Shown: piece after piece, positions 23,526 through 38,669 of the stretch
How positions within the stretch are numbered: the stretch's first letter is position 1
How the letters are laid out: each line of letters starts with the position of its first letter
DNA from: the human T2T-CHM13v2.0 reference genome, Homo sapiens
Assembly (NCBI RefSeq): GCF_009914755.1
Contig: NC_060927.1
Reading direction: 5' to 3' (one strand)
DNA length: 64,000 bases
Made by a program: the position numbers and the translations under genes
Notes under the pieces: generated by a model
Databases searched by the model: none
What the model was told of the DNA's origin: nothing
Seen by the model: the letters and a program-made list of their open reading frames with translations, nothing else

Positions 23526-26327
23526 ATCCCCAGTATGAAGTGATTTTAGGTTTTACATGACTGACCTGGAGGAACAAATGCTTATTTGTTCAGAGGCTTA
23601 TTTTCTTTTCAACTAGAGTTGAACCGTACAAGTGTAATCAGGTCCATTTGTTGACAATGGCAAGGCAGGCTGTAGAGATGAAATTAGAGTGTCAAGGCCA
23701 GGTGACTGATGTTTGCCAAAGGCATGAAAACAGCATTTTACACCCAAGGTAATGATGCCGCAGATTCCTACACGTCAAACAGACTCCACTGCTATGTTTA
23801 GAGAAAGTACAATAATATTGTTCAGAGTCAGCAAAGATAATGTGCATCTGGTTCCAGTTCTGATGAATCTGTAAAAATTGCAATCCAGATGTTGTGCTAT
23901 TAATTTGGGTGACATGATTATTATTACTTTGGCCTCTCTTTTCCAAATATGTTAACAACAGCAACAACAACAAAAAAGTTAATATGATTTAAAGTTTCAT
24001 GTCACATTATGTTTTGAGACATGCAATCAGGAAACTAGAGTGATATACGAAAAAAAATCATTTCCCTAGTTTTAAAAATGACTTTCTTAAGACCTGAGTA
24101 AAAAGAGGCTGTCCTGATGAGCTCATTCACTCTCAGAGATTTTTGTTCTTTTGAAGTCATTGCGTTTCCACTATGGTTTAGTATGAACAAAGAAAATCAG
24201 GAACTCTTTTCTTACTTGAGTTCCAGGGATGTAGAGACTATAGAGCTTATTTTCTTCTTGTCATTTTAAAAATGTAAAGTCTTGGAGCTGCTTTGGCATT
24301 TATTATTGATATAGAAAGAGTGCTCATTATTTAACATGCCTGTGCCTCCCTCCAGGGGATGGCAAATACCTGTTATGGTGTCTCTGGAAACAAGCTGGTC
24401 ATAATGTCCCATTTACAACAGGGAGTTGTGTACCTCCAGTTACCTGGAACAGGTAACGCCAGTATCAGGAATTGAAAATCTCCAGTCTAGGGATTAAGAT
24501 GGCAAATAGGAGGCAGGACTAGCTTGTAGCTCCCACTCTGATGGACTGAGTGATATGTGGAGACTCACATCATAAACTTGCTCCAAGAACTACCGCAGGA
24601 ACATACCAGAAAAGCAGAGGGAATCCACAGACGCTCTGAAAGAACAGAATCACTGCTGCAGGCTCCCTGAAATGTGGAAAAACTGTGAGTCAGCTTGCTT
24701 TCTTCACAGGGAGGCTCGTGGTCTGGGGCAAGTTCTCAGCCCTGGTCACCAGCTGCCAGACTCGGTGCTGTTGTGGGGACATGGTGGGAATGAGACCGGC
24801 CTTTAGGACTGTGGGCTGTGTGAGAGCGGGGTGAGGCCAGTGACTGCTGGCTTTTCCCCACTTCCCTGGTGACCCGTATGACTCAGCAGAGGCAGCCATA
24901 ATCCCCCTGCGAATATAACTCCACTGGACTGGGAACCACATTGCCATCCCCCACAGCAGCCACAGCAAGCCCTGCCAAAGGAGAGGCTGAGCCCAGACAT
25001 GCCTATCCCAGCCCCTAACTGGTGGTCTTTCTCTACCTGCCCTGGCAGCTGAAGACAAAGGTTATAATCTCTTGGTAGCTCTATAGCCCTGCCCACTGCC
25101 TGAGAAACCTGAATACTTAACCAGTTGTCCCTAGGGCAAATTTGCATCATCCCTATAGGACTGCAGCTGATGTACTCTTAAAAGCGTCACCTCCTGTCTG
25201 GAGGCCAACGAAAACAAAACCAGCACACTAAACAAATACACAACCAAGGACCCTTACAGAGTCCACTTCACTTCCCTGCTACCTCCACTGAAGCAGGTGC
25301 TGGTATCCATGGCTGCAAGACCTGAAGACAGATCACATCACAGGACTCTTTGCAGACACTCCGCAGTACCAGCCTGGAGTCCCATAGCTCTGCAGGGTGG
25401 CTAGACCCAGAACAGCAAAAAAAAAAAAAAAATAATAATAATAATAAAATAAAAAATAAATAAATAAATAAATAAATATAAAAAAAATAAAATAAAAATC
25501 ACTGCAGTTTGGCTCTCAGGAAGCCTCATTCCTAGGGGAAGGGGGAGAACACCACATCAAGGGAGCACTCTGTGGGACAAAAGAACCTGAACAGCAGCCC
25601 TTGATCTCAGGTCTTCCCTCTTACAGTCTACCCAAATGAGAAGGAATCAGAAAAACAGTTCTGGTAATATGACAAAACAAGGATATTTACACCCTGAAGA
25701 GATCATACCAGCTCACCAGCAATGGATCCAAACCAAGAAAAAAATCTCTTAATTGCCAGAAAAAGGATTCAGAAGGTCAATTATTAGGCTAACCAAGGAG
25801 GCATCAGACAAAGGTGAAGTCCAACTTAAAAAAAATCAAAAACATGATACAGGGTATGAAATGAAACTTCTTCAGTGAAATAGAGAACATAAATAAAATA
25901 GAATCACAACTTCTGGAAATCAAGGACACATTCAGAGAAATGCAAAATGCCCTGGAAAGTCTCAGCAATAGAATCAAACAAGCAGAAGAAAGAACTTCAG
26001 AGCTTGAAGACTAGGTTTTTGAATTAACCTAATCCGTCAAAGACAAAGAAAAAAGAATTTAAAAAATGAACAAAACCTCCGAGAAATTTGGACTATGTTA
26101 AATGTCCAAACCTAAGAATAATTGGTGTTCCCGAGGAAGAAGAGGAATCTAAAAGTTTGGAAAACATATTTGAGGGAATAATTGAGGAAAACTTTCCAGC
26201 CTTGCTAGAGATCTAGACATGCAAATACAAGAAGCTCAAAGAACATGTGGGAAATTAATCACAAAAATGTCATCACCTGGGCACATAGTCCTCAGGTTAT
26301 CTAAAGTCAAAAGCGAAGGAAGGAATC

Positions 26328-27971
<1,644 letters not shown>

Positions 27972-28128
27972 GAAGGAAAGAATCTTAAGAGCTGTGAGGC
28001 AAAAGCATCAGGTAACCTATAAAGGAAAACCTATCAGATTAACAGATTTCTCAGAAGAAACCATAGAAGGGATTGGGGTCCTATCTTTAGCCCCCTTCAT
28101 CAAAATAATTATCAGTCAAGAATTTTGT

Positions 28129-28573
<445 letters not shown>

Positions 28574-29636
28574 TCAAAATATACCAGAATAGCATCTCCT
28601 TAAAGCATAAATCTCACAGGACCTATATAACAATAACACAATTAAAAAACAAAACAAAACAAGGTATTCAGGCAACAAAAAGCATGATGAATAGAATAGT
28701 ACCTCACATTTCAATATCAACATTGAATGTAAATGGCCTAAAATGCCCCGCTTAAAAGATACAGAATGGCAGAATGGATAAGAATTCACCAACCAATTCT
28801 GCTACCTTCAGTAGACTCACCTAACATATGAGGACTCACGTAAACTTAAGGTAAAGGGGGGCGGGAAGAAGATATTCCCTGCAAATGGACACTAAAAGTG
28901 AGCAGAAGTAGCTATTCTTCTACCAGACAAAACAAACTTTAAAGCAACATCAGTTAAAAAAGACAAAGAACACTATATAATGATAAAAGAACTAGTCCAA
29001 CAAGAAAATATCACAATTCTAAATATACATGCATCTAACACTGGAGCTCCCAAATTTATAAAACAATTACTACTATACCTAAGAAATGAGCTAGACAGCA
29101 ACACCATAATAGTGGGGGACTCTAACACTCCACTGACAGCACTAGACAGGTCATCAAGACAGAAAGTCAACAGAGAAACAATGGACTTAAACTATACCCT
29201 ACAGCAAATTGACTCAACAGATATATTTATAGAACATTCTACCCAACAACTGTAGAATATACATTCTATTCATCAGCACATGGAACATTCTCCAAGATAG
29301 ATAATATGATAGGCCACAAAACAAGTCTCAGCAAATTTAAGAAAATCTAAATTTCATCAAGTACTCTCTCAGACTACAGTGGAATAAAATTGGAAATCAA
29401 CTCCAAAAGGAACCTTCAAAACCATGCAAATATATGGAAATTAAATAACCTGATCCTGAATGATTGTTGGGTCAACAATGAAATCAAGATGGGAATTAAA
29501 AAAGTCTTTGAACTGAATGATAATAGTGACAAAACCTATCAAAACCTCTGGGATATAGCAAAAGCAGTGCTAAGAGGAAAGTTCATAGCATTAAATGCCT
29601 ACATCAACAAGTCTAAAAGAGCACAATTAGACAATC

Positions 29637-31124
29637 TGTGTCTGGAATTGGTGGGTTCTTGGTCTCACTGACTTCAAGAATGAAGCCACGGACCCTCACA
29701 GTGAGTGTTACAGTTCTTAAAGGCAGTGTGTCCGGAGTTTGTTCCTTCTGCTGTTCAGATGTGTTCAGAGTTTCTTCCTTCTGGTGGGTTTGTGGTCTCA
29801 CTGGCTTCAGCAGTGAAGCTGCAGACCTTTGCGGTGAGTGTTACATCTCGTAAAGGCAGTGTGGACCCAAAGAGAGAGCAGCAGCAAGATTTATTGCAAA
29901 GAGTGAAAGAACAAAGCTTCCACAGTGTGGAAGGGGACCCAAGCAGGTTGCCATTGCTGGCTTGGGCAGCCTGGTTTTATTCTCTTATCTGGCCCTACCC
30001 ACATCCTGCTGATTGGTCCATTTTACAGAGAGCCGATTAGTCTGTTTTACAGAGAGCTGATTGGTCCATTTTGACAGGGTGCTGATTGGTGCATTTACAA
30101 TCCCTGAGCTAGACACAAAAGTGCTCCAAGTCCCCACTAGATTAGCTAGACACAGAGTACTCATTGGTGTATTTACAAACCTTGAGCTAGACACAGGGTG
30201 CTGATTGGTGCATTTACAAACCTTGAGCTAGATACAGAGTGCTGATTGGTGTATTTACAATCCCTTAGCTAGACATAAAGGTTCTCCAAGTTCCCACCAG
30301 ATCAGCTAGACACAGAGCGCTGATTGGTGCATCCACAGACCCTGAGCTAGACACAGGGTGCTGATTGGTGTGTTTACAAACCTTGAGCTAGATTCAGGGT
30401 GCTGATTGGTGTATTCACAATCCCCTAGCTAGACATAAAGGTTCTCCAAGTCCCCACCAGACTCAGGAGCCCAGCTGGCTTCACCCAGTGTATCCCGCAC
30501 TGGGGCACAGGTGAAGCTGCCTGCCAGTCCTGCGCCATGTGCCCGCACTCCTCAGCCCTTGGGTGGTTGATGGGACCGGGCTCCGTGGAGCAGGGGGCAG
30601 CGCTCATCAGGGAGGCTCAGGCCGCGCAGGAGCCCACTGCAGTTGGTTGGGGGGGATGTGAGACTCAGGCATGGCGGGCTGCATGTCCTGAGCCCTGCCC
30701 CGTGGGGAGGCAGCTAAGGCCAGGTGAGAAATCAAGCTCAGTGCCGGTGGGCCAGCACTGCTGGGGGACCCGGCACACCCTCCACAGCTGCTGGCCTGGG
30801 TGCTAAGCCTCTCACTGCCTGGGGTCAGCGGGGCCAGCCAGCCGGCCGCTCTGAGTGAGGGCCCACTGAGCCCACGCCCACCCGGAACTCGTGCTGGCCC
30901 GCAAGCACCGCACACAGCCCCGGTTTCCACCCGTGCCTCTCCCACCACACCTCCCTGCAAGCTGAGGGAGCCGGCTCCGGCCTTGGCCAGCCCAGAAAGA
31001 GGCTCCCACAGTGCAGCGGCGGGCTGAAGGGCTCTTCAAGCACGGCCAGAGTGGGCGCCAAGGCCGAGGAGGCGCCAAGAGCAAGCGAGGGCTGCGAGGG
31101 CTGCCAGCATGCTGTCACCTCTCA
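29637..31124 (-). mobile_element. ERV9 solo LTR (LTR12C/D/E-type), 1488 bp, inserted in L1PB ORF2
   Basis: Minus-strand termini tgagaggtgacagcatgctggcag ... aacccaccaattccagacaca; perfect 4-bp TSD aatc (29633-29636, 31125-31128); GC-rich U3 and ~41-bp tandem repeats. Confidence 0.96.
29975..30410 (-). promoter_or_regulatory. LTR12 promoter/enhancer: nine CCAAT (NF-Y) boxes, GATA site and AATAAAA TATA-like box
   Basis: Nine ATTGG on the + strand between 30010 and 30410; ttatct 29985-29990 (AGATAA); ttttatt 29975-29981; matches established ERV9 LTR architecture. Confidence 0.85.
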
Positions 31125-34100
31125 AATCTAAGTTCTTACCTCACAGAGCTGGAGAAACAAGGACAATTCAAACCCAAACCCAGCAGAAGAAAAGAAATAA
31201 TGATAATCAGAGCAGAACTAAATGAAATTGAAACAAACAACAATGTAAATACAAAAGATAAATGAAACAGAAAGCTGATTCTTTGAAAAGATAAATAAAA
31301 TTGATAGACCATTAGAGAGATTAACTGAGAAGAGAGAAGATCCAAATGAGCTCCATTAGAAATGAAATGGGGTATATTACAACTCATACCATATAAATAC
31401 AAAACATTATTCAAGGCTGCTATGAACACCTTTACATGCATAAACTAGAAAACCTAGAGGAGATGGAGAAATTCCTGGAGAAATAACCTCCTGGATTAAA
31501 TGAGGAAGATATAAAATCTCTGAACATAACAATAACACACAGTGAGATTGAAATGGTAATTTAACAATTGTCAACAAAAAAAAGTTCAGGACCAGACCGA
31601 TTCACAGCTGAATTGTATCAGACATTCAAAGAAGAATTGGTACCAATCCTATTGACACTATTCCAAAAGATAGAGAAAGAGGAAATCCTCCCTAAATCAT
31701 TCTAGGAAGCCAGAATCACCCTAATACCAAAACCAGGGAAAGACATAACAAAAAAAGAAAACTACAGACCAATATCCCTGATGAACACAGATGCAAAATC
31801 CTCAAAGAAAATGCTAGGGAACCAAGTCCAACAACATATCAAAAAGTTAATTTACCATGATCAAGTGGTTTCAAACCAGGGATGCAGGGATGGTTTAACA
31901 TACACAAGTAAATAAATGTGAAACACCACACAAACAAAATTAAAAACAAAAATCACATGACCTTCTCAATAGATGCAGAAAAAGCATTTGACAAAAATCC
32001 AACATTGCTTTATGATTAAAATCCTCAGCAAAATCGGCATAGAAGGGACAAACGTTAAGGTAATAAAAGCCATCTATGACAAACCCACAGCCAATATTAT
32101 ACTGAACAGGGAAAATTTTAAAGCATTCCCCCTGAGAACTGGAACAAGACAAGGATGCCCACTTTCACCACTTCTACTCAACATAGTACTGGTAGTCCTA
32201 GCCAGAGCAATCAGACAAGAGAAAGAAATAAAGGGCATCCAAATTGGTAAAGAGGAGGTCAAACTGTCACTGTTTGCTGATGGTATGATTGTATACCTAG
32301 AAAAACCTAAAGACTCATCCAAAAAGCTCCTAGAACTGGTAAATGTATTCAGCAAAGTTTCAGAATACAAAATTAATGCACACAAATCAGTAGCTCTGCT
32401 GTATACCAACAGCGACCAAGCTGAGAATCAAATCAAGAACTCAACTCCTTTCACGATAGCTGCAAAAAATAATAATAATAAAATACATAGGAATATACCT
32501 AACCAAGGACTTGAAAGACGTCTACAAGGAAAATTACAAAACACTGCTGAAAGAAAACATAGATGACATACAAATGGAAACACATCCCATGCTCATGGAT
32601 TCAATATTGTGAAAATGACCATACTGCCAAAAGCAATCTATAAATTCATTGCAATTCCCATCAAAACACCACCATCATTTCTCATAGAACTAGAAAAAAA
32701 TCCTAAAATTCATATGGAACCAAAAAAGAGCCCACAGAGCCAAAGCAAGACTAAGCAAAAGGAACAAAACTAGAGGCATCACATTACCTGACTTCAAACT
32801 ATACTGTAAGGCCACAGTCACCAAAACAGCATTATACTGGTATAAAAATTGGCACATAGACCAGTGGAACAGAATAGAGAACCCAGAAATTAAGCCAGAT
32901 ACAGTCAACTGATCTTGACAAAGCAAATAAAAACATAAAGTGGAGAAAGGATACCCTACTCAACAAACGGTGCTGGGATAATTGGCTAGCTACATGTAGA
33001 AGAATGAAACTAGATATCTATCTCTCACCTCATACAAAAATCAACTCAAGATGGATCAAAGACTTAAATTTAAGATCTGAAACCATAAAAATTCTAGAAG
33101 ATAACATCAAAAAACCCTTCTAGACATTGGCTTAGACAAGACGTCATGACCAAGAACCCAAAAGCAAATGCACCAAAAACAAAGAGAAATAGATGGGACT
33201 TAATTAAACTAAAAAGCTCCTGCACAGCAAAAGAAATAATCAGCAGGGTTAACAGACAAAAATCTCAGAAATCACCGCTAAAGAACTTATTCATGTAACC
33301 AAGTACCACCTGTTCCCCAAAAACCTATTGAAATCAAGAAAAAGAAAAAAGAAAAGAAAAGCTCATCTGCAAAGCTTGTGAACAACTTTCCATGTTTTGG
33401 CGGGGATCCTTTTATTCCAGTTTCAGGAAACACCCCACAGCCAAGCCCAGCACTCCTCCTCTCTCTTATGTAAGCGATAAGCACCATTAATAGTCCTGTC
33501 AGTCTTGATTAATTCTGTGTACAATGATCAAGAGAGTATTTTGACTTTGGGGCAAATCAAACCATGGTGGACTATGACACAGACATAAGGGATAAACATT
33601 TACTAAAAGTAAAAAACACACAGCCTGGAGCTTGTAAGGATTCCATAGAAATAAAAGCATATGAAGAATGAATTCCAACTATAGATTTTTTACAAAGCTA
33701 CATGATGATTAAGTGCTTTTGGGTTATTCTATTCTATAATATTTAATGGTTTCTAAATCTAACTACTTCTTCGTCACAATGTTGTTTTTAAAAAGTTATC
33801 CATTAGGTCTTTGTGTGAACAAATGTAGGCCATTACTCTGCTGATCAGTAACTAATGCAAGGAAAAAGTTCTTTTTTATACTTTTACAACGTGAACTCCT
33901 TTTGATAGTACTGAAACGACTGGCCATTTGCAAGAATGAAACTAATTTAAAAAGCAAAGACAAAGGACATTGTTCTCAAAGGTATTTAATAGGCCCTGAA
34001 AGTTTGACTTAGAAAAAAAAGTGTTTGAAATCACAATCAATGTTGCAATAAAGTGGGACGATTCCAAGCAACTAAAAAAGACTTTCTCTCCGATTTCAGT

Positions 34101-35776
34101 GAGAATTGTCTTTTCTCATGATAGTCTGAATCTAGTGTGTGTGTACTATTTTTATATGCAAATTAGTATACGATTCTCTTGTTTGATTCAACAATAGGTG
34201 ATGTAGGTAAGTCGACATTATTATATTTCAAGAAAGAAGGCAAATGAGACCCAGAGAAGTTAGGAAATTTGTTCCTGGTCATGCAGTTAGTAAACAGGGA
34301 TGCTTAAACCTAAACCCCAGTCACTCACCAAATGATTCTCCTCTTCATGTAACAGGCTCAAGGCCCCCACTAGCAGGCACAGTGGTAAGTTCTCACCCTA
34401 AACTCCGGAAACGCCCTTTTAGGGCACCATCCCGGTTCAGAGCTGTTTAGGCAAACTGTGCTTAAGGAGGGACCTCCTCGTACACAGCTGTTCTGCTTAG
34501 ACATGGATTTTCCTCCTCCAGCCCTTTCTGCCATGTCATCAATACAAGGTCAGAAAGAGACACTGAGTCAGCAATGAATATGGGAATTATCTGCACATTT
34601 AGCAGTGGAATCCTAGAGGCACGGGAAGAGAGAGCAGGTAAGTGGTAGGATCCAGTTTTAAACTTACCTTCTTGTTGCATACATTGAAAGTAAACATCAG
34701 AAACGTCTTCCACCTTAAAATTTTGCACAATAATTTATTGTACCAAATTGGTTCAATTCCATTCCTCTGTTCATTCATTCCATTCCACACATCTTTATTG
34801 AGCACCTCCCCTTGGCAGTAACTGTGTCGGTGGGAAGTCAGATGCTGTCCTTGCCCTCAGATAGTGCACAGTCTTCAGATGAAGGGGAGAGGAGAAAAGA
34901 AGCAAGTGCTGGTTAGGAGGTGGGATGAAAGCTTAGATTTTGTGATTCACAAAAAGCCATACACTTCTTGTCTGCAGCCCTACCGTGTGCTTTGAACATA
35001 GGAGCAGCAGTTGATGGTTTTGCCTCCATTTGACTGTTACAGATCCCAGCCCCTGTGTTGTTTCCTCAAGCATTTCTGGAAGTACCTGAAATGCATCTCA
35101 TGTGTGGTCGAAAGCAAGCCTGGTCAGCCTTCATACAGCGTCTGCTGTTTCTTCCTTCTCACTAGCCTGCCTCTTCGGGGTTCTATCATGTTCCACTAGA
35201 GACCGCTGCAGGTGTGCTAGAGCTTGGAGGTGGGAAGTGGGGAGGGCACCTCTCCTTCTCATGTTGCCTTCCACTGAAAGGCTCCAAAGGTTTACAGAGT
35301 CTTAAGTGAAATAGCTTGTTCAGGTTGAGTTCCAGGCTTTTCTTACCCTTGACCTAGGTTGGAGTCAATGGGGGATAGATCAGAGAAAAACCTCAGTGAC
35401 AGCCACTATGTGATTCTCAGGATTGCTCTCCTCTTCTGACCACCCTATTTCTCCTTCCACAGACAGTTTTCTGTCTATGGCCACATGGCCCTTTGTAGGC
35501 TGGTTATTTCCCACTGTCAAGATTCTGGGCAAGCCCGCCTCTGAGTTCCATGGCATACCTGAACCCCAGCGGAGACTAGGGTTTACACAGAGAGAAGGTG
35601 TTGTTCTAGTGTGGAGTTTGGGGAGAGGGCACTAGACATACCCCAGAGGCATCATTCCCCTCTTCCTTGTGTGTAAAGGGGAGCCTCTGAGGGGTCTCAG
35701 CCCTGAACACAGTCTTTTTGAGGGAGAGGTCTGAAACTCTGTTTTAAAAAGAACAAGACTATTTTTCTTTCTATGG

Positions 35777-36137
35777 TGTATTAGTTCATTCTCACACTAC
35801 TATAAAGAAATACCTGAGACTGGGTAATTTGTAAAGAAAAGAGGTTTAATTGGCTCGTGGTTCTGCAGGCTGTACAGGAAGCATGGCTGGGGAGGCCTTG
35901 GGAAACTTATAATTATGGTGGAAGGCACAGCTTACATGGCCAGAGCAGGAGGAAGAGAGTGGGGAGAGGTGCTACACACCTCACAGATCTGTGAGAATTC
36001 ACTTATAGTCAAGAGACCAGCAAAGGAGAATCTGTCCCCTTGATCCAATATCCTCCCACCAGGCCCCTCCTCCAACCTTGGGGATTATTACAATTCGACA
36101 TGAGATTTGGGCAGGGACACAAATTTAAACCATATTA
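35777..36137 (-). mobile_element. MSTA-like ERVL-MaLR solo LTR
   Basis: tgtattagttcattctcacact .. ggttctgcaggctgtacaggaagcatgg .. aaaccatatta; TSD tatgg / tgtgg. Confidence 0.9.
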
Positions 36138-36826
36138 TGTGGTTACAGATAAAAGATGGAACACAATTATGTTGGATGCATTAGTGGAAAGGACAACACT
36201 TATTCATCCTGAAGTGTAATCAATGGAGGAGTAAGATGATATAGAGTCATTTCCTAAGCTGGTAAGAAGATGGGCTCAGAAAAGCAGGAGGGACTAGAGG
36301 TCTTAAATGAGGGGTATAGAGAGGGGTACAGAGAAGAGAGACAATGGATTAACACAGAAATGTATCGAAGACCTTCCAGTTTTGACTGTGCTAATTCCTT
36401 GCTTCCTCTCCAGTTGGGTGTTGGTAAATAGCAGCTGTACCTAGAGGTACTTGTTTGGGTAGCAAGATATTGCCAACCCTGCAATTATAATTTAAAAAGT
36501 TTTTTTTTTTAAGAGAAGACCACATTCCTATGTAGGAAGAGCCTATGTCTCAAACTGTGATAGTTGGCATAGTATGGGAAAACATTTAGTTAGACATCTA
36601 ACACATACTTATTGATTGTTTCATTATGTTTCAGGCCTGGTGCTGAATGTTCTACTTGTAAAGATAAGCTCACAGGCTTATTCTTTATTATATAAGCTTG
36701 ACATCCAAAGAGCATGAGGCAAAACAATACTTAGAATTGTTATCATCCAGTTTTAAGTTTCTTAATGGCTGCACCATTTTATCATATTTGTGGCCTTGTG
36801 TTCATTTATCTATTCATTTAACAATA

Positions 36827-37159
36827 CAGTCATGTACCACATAATGACATTTCAGGCAATGACAGACCACATATATGATCATGGTCTCATAAGACTATAT
36901 TTGTGCTGTACCTTTTTATGTTTAGATACACAAATACTTACCATTGTGTTACAATTGCCTATGGTATTCAGTAGAGTAACATGCTGCACAGCTTTGTAGT
37001 CTAGGAGCCATGAGATGTACCATATAGCCTAGGTGTGTAGTGGGCTATGCCATTTAGGTCTGTGTAAGTGCAATCTATGATGTTTACACAATGACATGAC
37101 AAATTGCCTAATGATACATTTCTCAGAATGTATCTCTGTTGCTAAGCAACATATGGCTG
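36827..37159 (+). mobile_element. Tigger3a-like DNA transposon (within an L2 remnant)
   Basis: TIRs cagtcatgtaccacataatgac ... gttgctaagcaacatatggctg; internal tttagatacacaaatacttaccattgtgttacaattgcct; TA on left. Confidence 0.88.
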
Positions 37160-37848
37160 CATTTATTCAGAGATAGATTGTTGTGTGTAATATACAGTGA
37201 CACTGGGTATAAAACAATTAATAAAGACAAGGAGCTTGACTTGTGGAATTTACATGAGAGAGAGAGAGAGAAAACAAAGATGTCAACATCCAAATAAATA
37301 TACACACACAGCTTGTGCTATGAAGTAAACACGAGGGATGATGAGATAAAGAATAGGAATGCAGGGAGTGGTTTTTCTTAATAAGAAGTCAGAACCTCTC
37401 TGATCTAAGTAGTAGACACAGGATATGTTTATTTGTGAGAATTACATATGATTGTGTATCTTCTGTGTGTATATATCAGTAAAAAGGTCTATTTACTTTT
37501 ACAAAAAGTTTGCATTACAATTGTATGCACACACTTTAGAGAGTCAACACATCCTGAGGATCTGTTGGGAGAAACAGCCTTCAGCCTCCCTCTTTTCCCT
37601 CTTCTGGAGAAAACTGCCTTTTACTCTTAGATGGATCTGTTTGTAACTTCTGTGTTGATGATTTGGGGTATGATAGCTTTCTCTCCTCCTCTTGCTCTGG
37701 TGCACAGGTGTACCCTTTCCATCCTCCTCTTACAGATTTATCTTCAGTTTGATTACAGCAATATTCAAGACTTGCATCATTTTGACCACAGTTGAGCTGG
37801 GATTATTTGTAATCACATATGATTACTTTTCTTTTCCTGTAACATTAA

Positions 37849-38669
37849 TGAGGACTAAGCTCTGATTTTTTATTTTGCCCAAACTTCTATCTAAGGGGTC
37901 TGGGGAGTCATGTCCTACAAACCATAAATTCTCATCAGATGGGTTTTATTTGACTCTGTATATCATGACTTACTTTCCAATCTGACTCTGGCATAACAAG
38001 GAAGAAAATAAAAAATGTTTTACCCCAAAATATATTTCCTTGCCATGCCTTGAAATTGCCCTACAAAATCTCTTGTGGGAAAAATCCACATTCTATAGAG
38101 AATCCCCTTTCTTCCCTCCCCTCCCCTCCCCTCCCCTCCCTCCCTCCCTCCCTCCCTTCCTCCCTTTCTCCCTTCTTCCCTTCTTCCCTCCTTCCTTCCT
38201 TCCTTCCTAGCTCCAGGAGATAATCAACTAAGAGCTAGGCACCCTTTTAGGTCTTATAAGAAACATTTTACAACCCGCTCTCTCTCTGAAGTCCGCTACC
38301 TAAGCAATTCCTCTGCACAATAAAACTTGGTCTTCACAATCCTTTGCCTTAACCAGAACATTCCTTTCCATTAATCCCAGGTCTTCAGATAAACTCAACC
38401 AATTGCCAACCAGAAAATGTTTAAATTTACCTGTAGCCTGGAAGCCGCCACTTTGAGTTGTCCTGCCTTTCTGAAACAAATCAATGTATTTCTTAAATGT
38501 ATTTGATTGATGTCTCATGCCTTCCTAAAATGTATAAAACCAAGCTGTACCCCAACAACCTTGGGCACATGTTCTCAGGCTGAGGGCTGTGTCATGGGCC
38601 ATGGTCATTCATATTTGGCTCAGAATAAATCTCTTCTCATATTTTACAGAGTTTGACTCTTCGTCAACA
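37849..38669 (+). mobile_element. MER4A/MER4A1-like ERV1 solo LTR
   Basis: tgaggactaagctctgatttt ... cagaataaatctctt..gagtttgactcttcgtcaaca; perfect 4-bp TSD ttaa (37845-37848, 38670-38673). Confidence 0.9.
38103..38208. repeat. 106-nt pure pyrimidine simple repeat (CCCCT/CCCT/CCTT)
   Basis: Directly visible; no purines. Confidence 0.95.

Noticed and set aside
30005-30460. Regular ~41-bp repeats resembling a CRISPR array or novel repeat system
   Set aside because: These are the known CCAAT-containing tandem repeats of the ERV9/LTR12 U3 region; there are no unique spacers, no cas genes, and the DNA is primate.
30425-31265. Dense overlapping ORFs and CpG-island-like composition
   Set aside because: GC-rich LTR12 U3 sequence with few stop codons; not a host gene promoter.
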